The notes: a model not told the origin generated them from the sequence alone. 64,000 nt of DNA from an uncultured Actinomycetota bacterium (GCA_963743915.1 CAVURN010000003.1:64001-128000), one strand, 5' to 3'; counted from the first letter of the stretch, positions 24,011 to 35,728 are shown. A program made the numbers and translations.

Positions 24011-25343
24011 ATGCGCATGCTCACCCCGGCCGACGCCGAGTACGACGAGGCCCGTGGGCTCTTCAACAGGTCCATCGACAAGCGTCCGGCGGTCATCGCC
24101 CAGTGCGCGACGCCTGACGACGTCGCCGAGGCACTGCGCTACGCGGACGACCACAGTCTGGCCATCGCCGTCCGCGCCGGTGGCCACTCGGTGTCGGGGC
24201 TGTCGACCAACGACGGGGGCATCGTGATCGACGTCCGCCCGATGAAGGACATCACGATCGACCCGAAGGCCAGGACTGCGCGCGTGGCTGCCGGCGTCAA
24301 CTGGGGTGAGTTCGACGCCGCCAACGCCGCCCACGGCCTGGCCACGACTGGAGGTCGAGCCGTGACGACCGGTGTCGCCGGCTACACGCTCGGCGGTGGC
24401 GACGGCTGGCTGTCCCGCAAGTTCGGGCTCGCGTGCGACAACCTGCTCTCGGTCTCGCTGGTGACCGCGGACGGACGTCAGGTGCGCGCGTCCGAGGACG
24501 AGAACCCTGAGCTGTTCTGGGCGCTGCACGGGGGTGGCGGCAACTTCGGTGTGGCGACCGAGTTCGAGTTCCGTCTGCACCCCTTGGACGGACCAGATCT
24601 ATGCGGGTCTCGCGGCATGGCCGCTGCAGGAGTACGGACGCGACGTCGCGCGCGCGTACCGCGACCTGATGGAGGACGCGCCGGACGAGATGGGAACCGC
24701 GGTCGCCGTGATCAGTGGGCCGCCCGAGGACTTCGTGCCGCCGGAGCTGGTCGGCCAGAACCTCATCGGGCTCGCGGTCTGCTACGCCGGCCCCGCCGAC
24801 GAGGGCAAGGACGCCATGAAGCCGCTCATGGACATGGACCCGCCGCTCAACCTGGTCGGCCCGATGCCGTACACCGAGCTGCAGATCATGCTCACCGACC
24901 CGGAGGGCTTCCACCACTACTGGAGCGCCGACTACCACGACGCGTTCGACGACGACGCGATCGACATCTTCCTCGACGGCGGCGCGAACCGAGCGGGCCC
25001 GCTGGACCAGCAGTTCCTGGTTCCGTGGGGCGGCGCCGTGCAACGGGTGGCGGACGACGCGACACCACTGGCCCACCGGTCGACGCAGTGGATCACCCAC
25101 CCCTTCGCGGTGTGGGAGCACCCGGGTGAGGCTGACGGGCACATCGAGTGGGTCCGCAACTTCCGGCGCGACATCGCGGGACACACCAACGGCGGCGTCT
25201 GGCTGAACTTCATCGGCGCCGAGGGCCAGGACCGCGTCCGGGCGGCTTTCGGCGAGGAGAAGTACAACCGGCTCGCCGCGGTGAAGGCCGAGTACGACCC
25301 GACGAACCGGTTCCGCGGCAACCAGAACATCGAGCCGGCCTAG
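24011..25343 (+). CDS. FAD-binding oxidoreductase, BBE/6-HDNO family (frameshift near 24590)
   Basis: RAGGHS, GYTLGGGDGWLSRKFGLACDNL, GGGGNFGV, YDPTNRFRGNQNI. Confidence 0.88.
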
Positions 25344-25386
25344 CGGCCGCGTGGACCGGACCTGGCGCGGTCGGCCGTTCTGGCGC

Positions 25387-25453
25387 CGAGTGGCGCGTTG
25401 CACGCATCCTGGAGGTGATCTGCGCGCTGATTTTGCGTGCAGCGCACCACTCG
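25387..25453. repeat. 20-bp-arm inverted repeat of the CGAGTG/CACTCG family
   Basis: CGAGTGGCGCGTTGCACGCA ... TGCGTGCAGCGCACCACTCG (18/20 complementary). Confidence 0.65.
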
Positions 25454-25466
25454 AGGGAGAGACCCC

Positions 25467-25970
25467 ATGGACCGCGACACCCTGCGCGCCGCCCAGCGAC
25501 CGCTGAAGGCCCAGTACCGCGAGACGCCGGACGCGGCGGTCATCACGCTGCAGGCGCAGGGGTCCCTCGGTGAGGGGGTGACCTGCTCGGTCGACACCGG
25601 CCGGGCGATGGCGGTGGCCGGGCTGCACCCGGCCACCGGTGGCTCGGGCGCCAATGTCTGCTCCGGCGACCTGCTCCTGCAGGCGCTGGTCGCGTGCGCC
25701 GGCGTCACCTTGCAGGCCGTGGCCACGAACCGGGACATCCCGGTGAACGGCACCGTGCGCGCGGAGGGCGACCTCGACGTCCGCGGCACGTTGGGGGTCG
25801 ACCCGGACGCCCCCGTGGGGTTCCGGGCGATCCGGCTGGTCTTCGAGCTGGAGTCCGAGGCGTCCGCGGAGCAGCTGGACGAGCTCGTCACGACCACCGA
25901 GCGCTACTGCGTCGTGCTTCAGACCCTGCTGAGCACCCCGACGATCGACGTCTCCGTCGAATCGACTGAT
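25467..25970 (+). CDS. OsmC family protein (true stop uncertain; ORF reads on to 26090)
   Basis: GLHPATGG, CSGDLLLQALVACAGVT, TERYCVVLQTL. Confidence 0.82.
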
Positions 25971-25984
25971 GGTCTGAGTGGAGT

Positions 25985-27011
25985 TCACGACGGGCTGACC
26001 TCGAGCGGGACGACGCCCGCGCGGATCCCGACCAGGACGGCCTGGAGCTGGGTGTGCACCTGCAGCTTGTGCAGGAGCGACTTGATGTGACCCCTGACCG
26101 TGCTCTCGCAGATCCCCAACTGGTCGGCAACCCCGCTGCTGGTGAGCCCCTCAGCCAGTCCCAGCAGGACGTCGCGCTCGCGAGGGGTCAGCAGCTCAGC
26201 GCGCCGCACGGCGCTCGGGTCGACGGTCGGGACGTGGTCCCCGTCGGTGTGGAACACCATGACGATCTCTTCGACGCCCCCGACCACCGGCGTCGTCAAC
26301 GGCGTGCACACCACCGAGACCGTGCCCGCCGGGCCCGCGGCCGACGACAGGATGATCGACTCACTGTCCTGCGTGCGGACTGCTCGCCTTACGGCGTGCA
26401 CGACGCGGCGAGCCGCGTCCAGCACCGAACCGCCACCGACAGACGGCGTCTACCGGCTCGCCGACGGAACGCCCCGGATGGGCGACCAGGGCAAGCCAGG
26501 TTGAGGTGGCCGCCACGATGCGACCCTCCGCGTCGATGAGGACGACCGGGTCCGGCATGGCCTCGACCAGGGCCGTGAGTCGCTCCCGGGTGGGTCGGCC
26601 TGAACGGGCGAGCTCCTGCAGCCCGGTGGCATCCCGGCTGATGACGACGGTGTAGGTGCGGTCGCCGTCCCTCGGCAGGACGCGCGCCGTGGTCTCGAGC
26701 CAGCGGTAGCAGCCGTCCCGGTGCTGGACGCGGTGGACGTGCCGCACCGGACGCCCCGAGCGTCGCGCCTCCACCTGACCCAGGGCCCAGCTGCAGCGGT
26801 CGTCGGGATGGTCGAGGGCGTCCACGTCGCTGCCCACCAGCTCCTGCGGGCTGAACCCGAGCAGCTCGATGGACGCGGCGGACGCGAACACCGTGACGCC
26901 TTCGCCGTCGGAAACCCGAATCAGGTCTGGAGCTTCGTCCATGATCGCCGCGAGCGCCGTCCACGGAGCGCCCCGGGCCGGGGAAGGGGCCAGGTCGATG
27001 GTGTGGAGCAT
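25985..27011 (-). CDS. PAS-domain LuxR-type regulator (frameshift near 26430-26480)
   Basis: HPDD and HRDGCYRWLET PAS/PAC; LTPRERDVL...STVRGHIKSLLHKL HTH in second frame. Confidence 0.78.
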
Positions 27012-27189
27012 GCATCGTCCCCCGATCTCTAGTTCCCGCTTTGAACGGTATGCCCCATCTGGGGGAGGTCGTCAGGGTCGTACGTCACCTCCCCCCTCAC
27101 CTGCGGCTTCTCCGTGGGACCGCACAGCGCTAGACACGAAGAAAGTGAAGGGAGTTCCCCCTCCGCCTCGAGCGACCTAAGGAGCAGAC

Positions 27190-27853
27190 ATGAAGTTCAC
27201 CAGGGCCGCGCTCGCACTGGCGGGCGCCACCGCCCTCGTCGTGAGCGGCATCGCGGCACCGGCGCTAGCCGATACCGATGTGCCGATCTACGGCGGGACG
27301 ACAACGATTACCACGACGGCGAAGTCACTGCCGAAGATCACTGGTGCCGGCATTGTGATGGGTGCCCAGGACGCGACTTCGGCATACGTGACGAAGAAGG
27401 GTGAAGCGCGTCAGAAGTTCACCTTCGACATCGCCACCCCCAGCAACCTCAAGCTGGAAGACGACCCGATCACCAACAAGGAAGGCTCGGTCACCGGTGG
27501 GCGTGTGACCCACACAGGGAGCCATCACCTTCCTGAACACCAAGAACGGCAAGGACGTCGCGGTGGGTGACTTCGTCATCAACTTCAAGAAGGGCAAGGT
27601 CTTCGCCACCAGTGTGAACGGTGACGCGATCGACCCCCTCGCGGTCTTCACGCTCGACGTGATCGACCCTCCGCTGTACCCGGTCTACGACGACGAGCTG
27701 ACGCCGACGACGGCGAAGATCGCCGGAGTGAACCTGCTCATGACAGCCAAGGCTGCCGACACGCTCAACGAGCTGCTCAAGACCGGTGTCTTCGCGAAGG
27801 ACCTGAAGTTCGGCAAGGCGGTCGCGATGGCTGACCTCGTCGAGCCCGTGTAG
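27190..27853 (+). CDS. Secreted beta-rich hypothetical protein (frameshift near 27520)
   Basis: AAGGAG RBS, signal peptide ending APALA, continuation TFLNTKNGKDVAVGDFVINF in next frame. Confidence 0.75.
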
Positions 27854-27888
27854 TACTCAGCGGTGTCTTCCGGAGTTCCGATGACATC

Positions 27889-27916
27889 AAGAGGGGCGGC
27901 GCAAGCCGCCCCTCTT
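27889..27916 (+). terminator. Intrinsic terminator-like hairpin
   Basis: AAGAGGGGCGGC-GCAA-GCCGCCCCTCTT perfect 12-bp stem. Confidence 0.8.
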
Positions 27917-27955
27917 CCGTGCCCTGGGGGCCCTCGCAAGAATCTTCTGGCAGGC

Positions 27956-27982
27956 TGTCGATCCCGGTGTCACCCGTTCGTA
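27956..27982 (+). promoter_or_regulatory. ECF42-type promoter candidate
   Basis: TGTCGA-17 nt-CGTA upstream of YCII/ECF pair, resembling the known ECF42 -35/-10 consensus. Confidence 0.6.
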
Positions 27983-28031
27983 CAGAGGGTAAGAGGCCGG
28001 AACAGCCGGCCCGACCCGCGAGGAGCCAGTC

Positions 28032-28400
28032 ATGCCCGAGTACCTGCTCTCCGTCTACGGCGACGAGGCCGAGTTCGCCGCCGCCGAGGCCAACCCCGAG
28101 CTGATCGCCCAGATGTACGCCGACGTCGACAAGTTCAACCAGCGGCTGCAGGAGGCCGGTGCGTGGGTCTTCGCCGGAGGCCTGCACCGCTCCCACACCG
28201 CCACCGTGGTGCGCGCGCAGAAGGACGGCGACGTGCTCACCACCGACGGGCCGTACATCGAGTCCAAGGAGAAGCTGGGCGGCTTCTGGATCATCAAGGC
28301 ACCCGATCTCGACGCCGCGCTCGTCTGGGCCAGGGACGGCTCCGCCGCCTGCCAGGGCCCGGTCGAGGTCCGGCCCTTCCAGGAGGAGCCGGAGGCGTGA
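28032..28400 (+). CDS. YciI/DGPF family protein
   Basis: [23 protein letters not shown]. Confidence 0.9.
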   Translation: MPEYLLSVYGDEAEFAAAEANPELIAQMYADVDKFNQRLQEAGAWVFAGGLHRSHTATVVRAQKDGDVLTTDGPYIESKEKLGGFWIIKAPDLDAALVWARDGSAACQGPVEVRPFQEEPEA

Positions 28401-28422
28401 CCCGTTTGCTCCGCTCTCGAGC

Positions 28423-29649
28423 ATGAACCGGACGGACGGATCGGACGCTGTCGAGCGGGTCTTCCGCGAGGACGCCGGGCGCGCCATCGCCACGCTGGTG
28501 CGCGTCTTCGGTGACATCGACGTCGCCGAGGAGGCCGTGCAGGACGCCTTCACGGTCGCGTCCGAGCGGTGGCCCGTCGACGGCGTCCCGCCGAGCCCGG
28601 CCGGATGGATCATCACGACGGCCCGCAACCGGGCGATCGACAAGCTGCGCCGCGAGTCGTCGCGCACTGACCGGTATCGGCAGGCTGCGCTCCTGCACGC
28701 TCAGCACGAGCCCGAGGAGGTGGGACCGGTGGCCGACGACCAGCTCCGCCTGCTCTTCACCTGCTGCCACCCGGCGCTCGCGGCGCAGGCTCAGGTCGCG
28801 CTCACGCTCCGTCTGATCGGCGGGTTGCAGACACCACAGATCGCGAAGGCGTTCCTGGTCAGTGACGCCACGATGCAGCAACGCATCGTCCGCGCGAAGG
28901 CGAAGATCCGTGACGCGCACATCCCCTACCGCGTGCCGTCGGACGCCGATCTGCCCGACCGGCTCCGCTCCGTGCTCGCCGTGGTCTACCTGATCTACAA
29001 CGAGGGGTACCTCGCCAGCGGCGGCGACGCCGTCGACCGCGACGAACTCCGGACGGAGGCAATTCGCCTGGCCCGGCAGCTGGTCACGTTGATGCCGGAC
29101 GAGGCGGAAGCCGTCGGACTGCTCGCGCTGCTGCTCTTGACGGAGTCGCGGGCAGCAGCACGTCGTACGCCGAGCGGCGCCTGGGTGCTGCTCGAGGACC
29201 AGGACCGCAGCCGCTGGGACGCTGCGCTGATCACCGAGGGCCAGTCGCTGGTGAGAGCCTGCCTGCGCCGCAACCACCCTGGTCCGTACCAGGTGCAGGC
29301 GGCGATCGCTGCTGTGCACAGCGACGCCTTCACGGCGTCCGACACCGACTGGGCGCAGATCGTCGCGCTCTACGACCAGCTACTGGCACTGCAGCCGACC
29401 CCGGTGGTGGCAATGAACCGCGCGATCGCGGTCGCCGAGGTGGACGGTCCGGGCGTCGCGCTCGCGCTCGTCGACGATCTCGAGCTGCAGGGCTACCACC
29501 TGTGGCACGCCACCCGCGGCGACCTGCTCGAGCGACTCGGCCACACCGACGCGGCGCGGGACGCCTTCGCGCGCGCGGCGTCCCTGACGGACAACCCCGC
29601 GGAGCGCGACCTCCTCGAGCAGCGGGTGTACGGCACACCTTCGGGGTGA
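28423..29649 (+). CDS. ECF42-type RNA polymerase sigma factor with C-terminal TPR-like extension
   Basis: [43 protein letters not shown]; paired with YciI. Confidence 0.9.
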   Translation: MNRTDGSDAVERVFREDAGRAIATLVRVFGDIDVAEEAVQDAFTVASERWPVDGVPPSPAGWIITTARNRAIDKLRRESSRTDRYRQAALLHAQHEPEEVGPVADDQLRLLFTCCHPALAAQAQVALTLRLIGGLQTPQIAKAFLVSDATMQQRIVRAKAKIRDAHIPYRVPSDADLPDRLRSVLAVVYLIYNEGYLASGGDAVDRDELRTEAIRLARQLVTLMPDEAEAVGLLALLLLTESRAAARRTPSGAWVLLEDQDRSRWDAALITEGQSLVRACLRRNHPGPYQVQAAIAAVHSDAFTASDTDWAQIVALYDQLLALQPTPVVAMNRAIAVAEVDGPGVALALVDDLELQGYHLWHATRGDLLERLGHTDAARDAFARAASLTDNPAERDLLEQRVYGTPSG

Positions 29650-29703
29650 CTTGCCGGGGCTATAACCCTGACGAAGTTCCCCAAAGGCGTGCGGTAGGCC
29701 ACC

Positions 29704-30734
29704 TCACGCCGCGCACCACGCGAGCAGCTCGTCCGCCGACCAGGTGTTGATGATCCGGTCGGTCGGTACGCCGCACTCCGCGGCTCGCGCGCACCCGTAC
29801 GCCTGCCAGTCCAGCTGACCGGGTGCATGTGCGTCGGTGTCGATGGAGAAGTAGCAGCCTTGGTCCAGCGCCTGGCGGATCAGCCGCCGCGGTGGGTCGA
29901 GACGTTCGGGCCGGCAGTTGACCTCGACCGCGACACCGAACCGTCGGCACGCCTCGAAGACCAGGTCGGCCTCGAACTCCGACTCGGGGCGCTTGCGGTT
30001 GCCGGCCACCATGCGTCCGGTGCAGTGCCCCAGCACGTCCATGTGCGGGTTGGCGATCGCGGTCACCATCCGCCTCGTCATCACGTCGCTGGGCGAGCGC
30101 AGCTTGCTGTGCACCGACGCCACGACGACGTCCAGCCGCTCGAGCAGCTCCGGCTCCTGGTCGAGGCGGCCGTCCTCGAGGATGTCCACCTCGATGCCGG
30201 TGAGCAGCCGGAACGGCGCCAGCTCGGCGTTCACCTGGTCGACGACGTCCAGCTGCTGACGCAGCCGTTCGGGCGACAGCCCGTTGGCGACCTTCAGGGT
30301 CGGTGAGTGGTCGGTGAGCACCGCGTAGTCGTGGCCCAGCTCGGCAGGCCGTCATCGCCATCTCCCGGATCGGACTGCCCCCGTCGCTCCAGTCCGAGTG
30401 CACGTGCAGGTCACCGCGCAACGCGGCGAGCAGGTCGGCTCCGTCACCGGGGTCCGGCGCTGGATGCGTCTCCAGCTCAGCCAGGTACTCCGGGACGCCG
30501 CCACGTGCGCACTCGACGAAGACCGCCGGACGTCTTGGGACCGATGCCCGGCAGGTCGGTCAGGGTGCCGTGAGCGGCGCGCCCCGCGACGTCGGCGACC
30601 GGCAGGGCGTCCAACGCGTTGGCGGCGCCCCGGAACGCCTTGACGCGGTGCGTCTCGGCCAGCTCGCGCTCGAGCAGGAAGGCGACGCGACGCAGTCCGG
30701 CGATCCCGCGTCCGACGTCGAGCTCCCCTGTCAT
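29704..30734 (-). CDS. PHP-domain protein with PolX-like N-terminal HhH domain (several frameshifts)
   Basis: LPGIGPKT, GDLHVHSDWSDG, LTDHS, GIEVDIL, SIDTDAH across three ORFs. Confidence 0.8.
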
Positions 30735-30833
30735 GGCACCACCGTGCCACGACGTGCCGAGTCCGGAGTAGATGCGCAGGCAGCGGGTCGGCTGTGCGCA
30801 TCTGCTCCGGACTCGGCGACAGATCACCCAGAG

Positions 30834-31475
30834 CTAGGCAGCCCGCGTCAGCTCGGGACGCTTCGCCAGCAGGACGCCGAGCGTCGCGTAACCGATCAGC
30901 AGGTGGGTGCCACCGACGATGGTCGACCCCAGCTCGCCGAAGACGATCATCGACGGGATGGTGACGAACGCCCAGCTCTCGGCGACCATCGGCCACCAGC
31001 GCAGCACACCCTGCCAACGGCCGGCGAATGCCACCTTCACTCCGATGACGAACATCCCGACCATCGACAGCGGCCAGAACAGGTCCAGCGCCATCAGCCA
31101 GGGAGCCTCCTGCAGGGACGCGGGCACCACCGCGTGCAGCACGGACCAGGTCGTCGCCAGCCCGAGCAGCACGAACTCCACGCGGATCATGGCGCGCGCG
31201 GCACGGGTGACGCCGGTCGCTCCGGTCGCGAGCATCACCGACAGCAGCGCGAACAGCCCGAGCTGGAAGGCCGCACCTCCCAGGTCGCCCACGCGGCCCT
31301 CGGCACCACCCGACGTCGGCCCGAACGCGAAGATCGTCGCGGCCCAGGTGACGGCACCGGCCGTCAGCAGGTACCCGCGGCGGCGGATCGAGTCGAGCCC
31401 GAGGCGGTGCTCCGGCTCTGCGACGGACGCGGTGGGCCGGGGGTCGAACGCCGTTGCGGCGGTCGTGTGGTTCAT
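30834..31475 (-). CDS. Multi-pass membrane protein
   Basis: About 6 hydrophobic helices; LDLFWPLSMVGMFVIG; AAGGAGG RBS; divergent from two-component system. Confidence 0.75.
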   Translation of the reverse strand: MNHTTAATAFDPRPTASVAEPEHRLGLDSIRRRGYLLTAGAVTWAATIFAFGPTSGGAEGRVGDLGGAAFQLGLFALLSVMLATGATGVTRAARAMIRVEFVLLGLATTWSVLHAVVPASLQEAPWLMALDLFWPLSMVGMFVIGVKVAFAGRWQGVLRWWPMVAESWAFVTIPSMIVFGELGSTIVGGTHLLIGYATLGVLLAKRPELTRAA

Positions 31476-31538
31476 GACGGTTCCTCCTTCGTGCGGCACC
31501 CGGTGTGCCGCGCCGCCCTGAACACTGCGGGGCACGGC

Positions 31539-31633
31539 GTCCCGACCGGCAGGGCGCAGCGTCCCGAATCCCGCCCTTCCCGATGTCCCGGCGACACGGG
31601 ACTCCAGTCCTCGGGACATCGGGACTCCGGGAC
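31539..31633. promoter_or_regulatory. Array of TCCCG/CGGGA boxes, candidate response-regulator binding region
   Basis: Nine boxes; perfect inverted repeat TCCCGATGTCCCG (31578-31590) / CGGGACATCGGGA (31612-31624). Confidence 0.65.
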
Positions 31634-31640
31634 CGCCACC

Positions 31641-33737
31641 ATGGACGCCGTGAGCACCACGACCGAATCGGGCCGGCCTGCAGACGGCCTCGCCACCGCT
31701 GCGATCGTCGGCGTGGTCGTCATCGCCGTGGCGACGTTGGTGCTCGACGTGCTCACAAGGGATGTCGTCGCCCCGGACTCGGCCGGTGTCGAGCCTGGCT
31801 GGACTGCCCTGATCCCCGGTCTCGCGATGGTGGTTCCTGGTGCCCTGCTGCTGCGGCAGATGCCGCGACACCCCGTCGCCTGGGTGCTGGTCGGTTTCGG
31901 CTTCCTGTGGACGCTCGACGGGCTGGCGGCGTCGTGGGCGACGTACGGGCTGTACGTCGACACCGAGGTGCCGATGGTCGACCTGGCCTACTGGTTCTAC
32001 TCACGCCTCGGGGCGACGCTGCTGCTCGGGCTGCCGCTGCTGCTGCTGCTGTTCCCCGACGGCACGCTGCCGCACCACCGCGGGTGGCGCGTCGCGTCCG
32101 TGGTGAGCCTGTGCCTCACGGCGGTGCTGCCGGTCGTGCTGCTGGTGGCGCCGTCCGAGGCGCTCATCGAGTTCGCCGGAGTCACCCCGCCACCGGAGGT
32201 CATGGCACTCAACCTCGACCCGATGTCGATCACCCTGACCTACGACATCTGGGCGACGCTGTTGCGCATCGGGTACGCGTCAGCGGCGGCAAGTCTGCTC
32301 GTGCCGTTCGGCGTCGTCGTGCACCGGTATCGCGCATCCACCGGAGACCGACGCCTGCAGATGCGCTGGCTGGTCTGGGCAGCGCTCGTCGACCTCTTCG
32401 CGGTGGTGCTGCCCTTGACCTTCCCCGACCCGTTCGCCGGGCTGTCGCTGTCCATCGCGGTCGCGGTGACCGCGGCGGCGATCGTCGTCGCGGTGACGCG
32501 CTACCGGCTCTACGACATCGACCGCCTGCTGTCGGCCACGGTCGTGTACGGGCTGCTCGCCGTCTCGGTGGTCGTCGTCGACCTCGCCGTGTTCGCCATG
32601 GCCGGCTCGCTCATCGGGGAGCGGGACGCCGCTCTGGTGGCGATCGCCGTCGTCGCCGTGGTCTACACGCCCCTGCGGGCCCGACTGTGGTCCGTGGTCC
32701 GACGGGCGGTGCGCGGCTCGCGCGAGGACCCGTACGCAGCCGTGTCGACACTGGCCCACCGGCTCGAGCAGGCCACCGACCAGCGCGGGCAGCTCGCCGC
32801 CACGGCCACGGCGCTGGCGGAGGCCTTCCGGCTGCCCTATGTGCGGATCGAGCTGCTCGGCGCGTCCGGTGACACCGTCGAGGTGTCGCACGGGACGCCG
32901 AGCGGCGTCGAGGTGGTGCTGCCGGTGACTTACCAGGGCGAACCGGCAGGACGCCTCGTGCTCTGCTCGGCCGGCGAGGCCTCCCTCTCGGACCGCGACC
33001 AGCAGCTGCTCGGTGACCTGGTGCGGCAGGCCGTGGTGGCTGCTCGCGCCAGCGAGCTGAATGCCGCACTGCAGCGGCACCGGGAACAGCTGGTGCTCGC
33101 GCGCGAGGAGGAGCGCCGACGCATTCGACGCGACCTGCACGACAGCCTGGGTCCCACCCTCGGGGCGGTGACGCTGCGGATCGAGACGGCGCGCAATCTC
33201 GCGGTGTCCGACCCCGTACGGGCGGATGTGGTGCTGCGCGAGACAACCGACCAGGTGCGGGACGTGCTCGCCGAGGTGCGCCGGCTCGCCCACGGCTTGC
33301 GTCCGCCGGTGCTCGACGAGCTCGGGCTGGTGCGCGCTCTGGAGCAGCAGGCTGAGGCGCTCGACAGTGACGCACTGCGGGTCCGGGTGCACGCCGAAGG
33401 AGTGGCGGAGCTGCCGGCTGCCGTCGAGGTGGCGGCGTACCGGATCGCGTCAGAGGCGCTCACCAACGTGCAGCGTCACGCACGCGCGTCACGGTGCCAG
33501 GTGCTGCTGGCGGTGGAGAAGGGTGCAGACAAGCACGCCGCCCAGCTGGTGGTCACGGTGACCGACGACGGCGTGGGCATCGACCCGGCCGGGGCATCCG
33601 GTGTCGGGATGCTCTCGATCCGCGAACGGGCCACCGAGCTCGGCGGGGAGGCGACTGCGATCGCCGCGGAGGAGGGTGGCACGGTGGTCACTGCCCGGTT
33701 GCCGTTCACTCCGCTCGAGGTGCCCACCGATGTCTGA
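31641..33737 (+). CDS. Membrane sensor histidine kinase (HisKA_3/NarX type)
   Basis: Multiple TM helices, EERRRIRRDLHDSLG, EALTNVQRH, DDGVG, GVGMLSIRERA. Confidence 0.92.
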   Translation: MDAVSTTTESGRPADGLATAAIVGVVVIAVATLVLDVLTRDVVAPDSAGVEPGWTALIPGLAMVVPGALLLRQMPRHPVAWVLVGFGFLWTLDGLAASWATYGLYVDTEVPMVDLAYWFYSRLGATLLLGLPLLLLLFPDGTLPHHRGWRVASVVSLCLTAVLPVVLLVAPSEALIEFAGVTPPPEVMALNLDPMSITLTYDIWATLLRIGYASAAASLLVPFGVVVHRYRASTGDRRLQMRWLVWAALVDLFAVVLPLTFPDPFAGLSLSIAVAVTAAAIVVAVTRYRLYDIDRLLSATVVYGLLAVSVVVVDLAVFAMAGSLIGERDAALVAIAVVAVVYTPLRARLWSVVRRAVRGSREDPYAAVSTLAHRLEQATDQRGQLAATATALAEAFRLPYVRIELLGASGDTVEVSHGTPSGVEVVLPVTYQGEPAGRLVLCSAGEASLSDRDQQLLGDLVRQAVVAARASELNAALQRHREQLVLAREEERRRIRRDLHDSLGPTLGAVTLRIETARNLAVSDPVRADVVLRETTDQVRDVLAEVRRLAHGLRPPVLDELGLVRALEQQAEALDSDALRVRVHAEGVAELPAAVEVAAYRIASEALTNVQRHARASRCQVLLAVEKGADKHAAQLVVTVTDDGVGIDPAGASGVGMLSIRERATELGGEATAIAAEEGGTVVTARLPFTPLEVPTDV

Positions 33738-34383
33738 CGAGCCGATCCGCGTCCTGCTCGCCGACGACCACCCCGTCTACCGGGACGGTCTGGCGGCGCT
33801 GCTCTCGTCCGTGGACGGCATCGACGTGGTGGGCACCGCCGGCACGGGACGCGAGGCGGTGGCGCAGGCGTCCGAGCTGCAGCCGGACGTCGTGGTGATG
33901 GACGTGCAGATGCCCGAGCTCGACGGCGTCGAGGCGACGCGGCAGGTGACCACGGAGAACCCGCACATCGGGGTCGTCATGGTGACGATGGCCGAGGACG
34001 ACGCAACCGTCTTCGCAGCCATGCGGGCGGGCGCTCGGGGGTACCTGCTCAAGGGCGCGAGCCAGGTGGAGATCGTCCGCGCCATCAGGGCGGTGGCGGG
34101 CGGTGAGGCGATCTTCGGACCCGCCCTGGCGTCCCGGATCGCCGACTTCTTCTCCGGCGGCGGGGAAGTCAAGACGGACGCCTTCCCGCAGCTCACGGCG
34201 CGGGAGCGGGAGATCCTCGACCTCGTGGCCGCGGGCCGGTCGAACCAGCAGATCGCGCAGACCCTCTTCCTGTCGCCGAAGACGGTGCGCAACAACGTGT
34301 CGAACGTCTTCGCCAAGCTGCACGTGGCCGACCGAGCGGAGGCGATCATCCGGGCCCGGGACGCCGGGCTCGGCGCCGGCTGA
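33730..34383 (+). CDS. NarL/LuxR family response regulator
   Basis: LADDHP, VMDVQMP, GYLLK, LTAREREIL, KTVRNNVS. Confidence 0.95.
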   Translation: MSDEPIRVLLADDHPVYRDGLAALLSSVDGIDVVGTAGTGREAVAQASELQPDVVVMDVQMPELDGVEATRQVTTENPHIGVVMVTMAEDDATVFAAMRAGARGYLLKGASQVEIVRAIRAVAGGEAIFGPALASRIADFFSGGGEVKTDAFPQLTAREREILDLVAAGRSNQQIAQTLFLSPKTVRNNVSNVFAKLHVADRAEAIIRARDAGLGAG

Positions 34384-34463
34384 CCGCACGTCCCCCTCCG
34401 ACGCCAGGGCGCCACAGTCGCGCCGCAGGACGGGGAATCATGGCGCCCCGCCGTAGAAAGCGG

Positions 34464-35728
34464 TCAGGTGGCACGGCGCAGGATGCGCGCGATCTCGTCG
34501 AAGCCCTTCTCCTCGGCGTGCTGCAGCGCGGTGACCCCGTCGCCGTCGGCGATCGCCGGGTCGGCGCCGGCGTCCAGCAGGATGCGCACGATCTGCTGGT
34601 AGGGCTTCGATCCGTCGCCGAGGATGACCGCCTCGAGCAGGGCGGTCCAGCCGAGGTCGTTGACGTGGTTGACGTCGATGTCGGTCTCGACGACCCGTCG
34701 TACATAGTCCACGTGTCCACGCTCACTGGCCGGAATCACCGAGATGCCGCCGTAGCGGTTGCGGATGGTCATGTCGGGCCGCGAAGGAAGCAGGGTCTCG
34801 AGCATCCTGACGCTTCCCGTCACTCCCGTCACGAGCCAGGGGGTGTCGTGCTGGTCATCCAGGGCATCCGGGTCGGCGCCGAGGTCGACCAGCAGGCGAG
34901 CGACATCGACGTGGTCCTCGGTGACGGCCAGCAGCAGCGCCGTCCTACGGCGCGCATCTCGGGCCTCGATGTCTGCGCCCCCTCGTAGCGCGACGGCGAC
35001 CCCGTCAGCGTCACCCTCTGCTGCCGCCTGGAGGAGGGCCTTGTCGGCTTCCCGTGGGGCGATGCTCTCGGTCAAGGCTGCCTCCAAGGTTCTGGCGATC
35101 TCGCGGTGTCCGGCGGACACGGCGTGCTGCAGGGGCCGCACCCCGTCCCGCTGCGACGGGATCTGGAGGTCGGCGCCCGCCGCCACCAGCACCCGGACGG
35201 TGTCGACGTAGTCCCGCGAGCCGTCACCCAGGATGATCGCCTCGTGCAAGGCAACCCAGCCCAGGTTGTTGACGTGGTCGACGTCGATGGGAGTACGTAC
35301 CAACCGTCCGACGATGTCATGGTGGCCGCGCTCGGCGGCACGGATCAGTCCGGTGCCGTCATAGCTGTCGAGCGACGTGACGTCCGCGCCGTTGCTCAAG
35401 GTCAGGTCGAGGAGCCTCAGGTACCCCTCACTCGTCGCGATCAGGTAAGCGCTCTGCTCCGTCGAGTCCTTCGCGTTCACGTCGGCTCCCGCGACGATCA
35501 GCCGGCGGGCACGGGTCACGTCGTTGTCCCAGGCAGCGGCGATGAGACGGTCGTCGAGCTCGGCCTGTGCGAGGCCGGCGAGGGGCTTGGACGAGCTCGC
35601 CTGGGGGCGGGCCTGGTCGAGGTGGCCTCAGGGTCCGGAGCTGGATCAGACGCAGCTTCAGGCGTGGACGTGCAGGCTGCCAGCAGCAGGACGATGCCGG
35701 CCGCGACTCCCAGCACGCCACGCCCCAT
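34464..35728 (-). CDS. Ankyrin-repeat lipoprotein with duplicated module (frameshift near 35540)
   Basis: Lipobox LLAAC; GADVNAKD; HVNxLGWxALxEAxILGDGS present twice. Confidence 0.85.

Noticed and set aside
28032-29649. YciI plus TPR-extended ECF sigma as a novel system
   Set aside because: Matches the described ECF42-DGPF arrangement
29704-30734. Truncated DNA polymerase X as a decayed gene
   Set aside because: HhH plus PHP proteins without a polymerase core are a common actinobacterial architecture
30570-31640. N-terminal extension making a 1055-aa histidine kinase
   Set aside because: Extension is the antisense of the membrane gene at 30834..31475; the real start is near 31641
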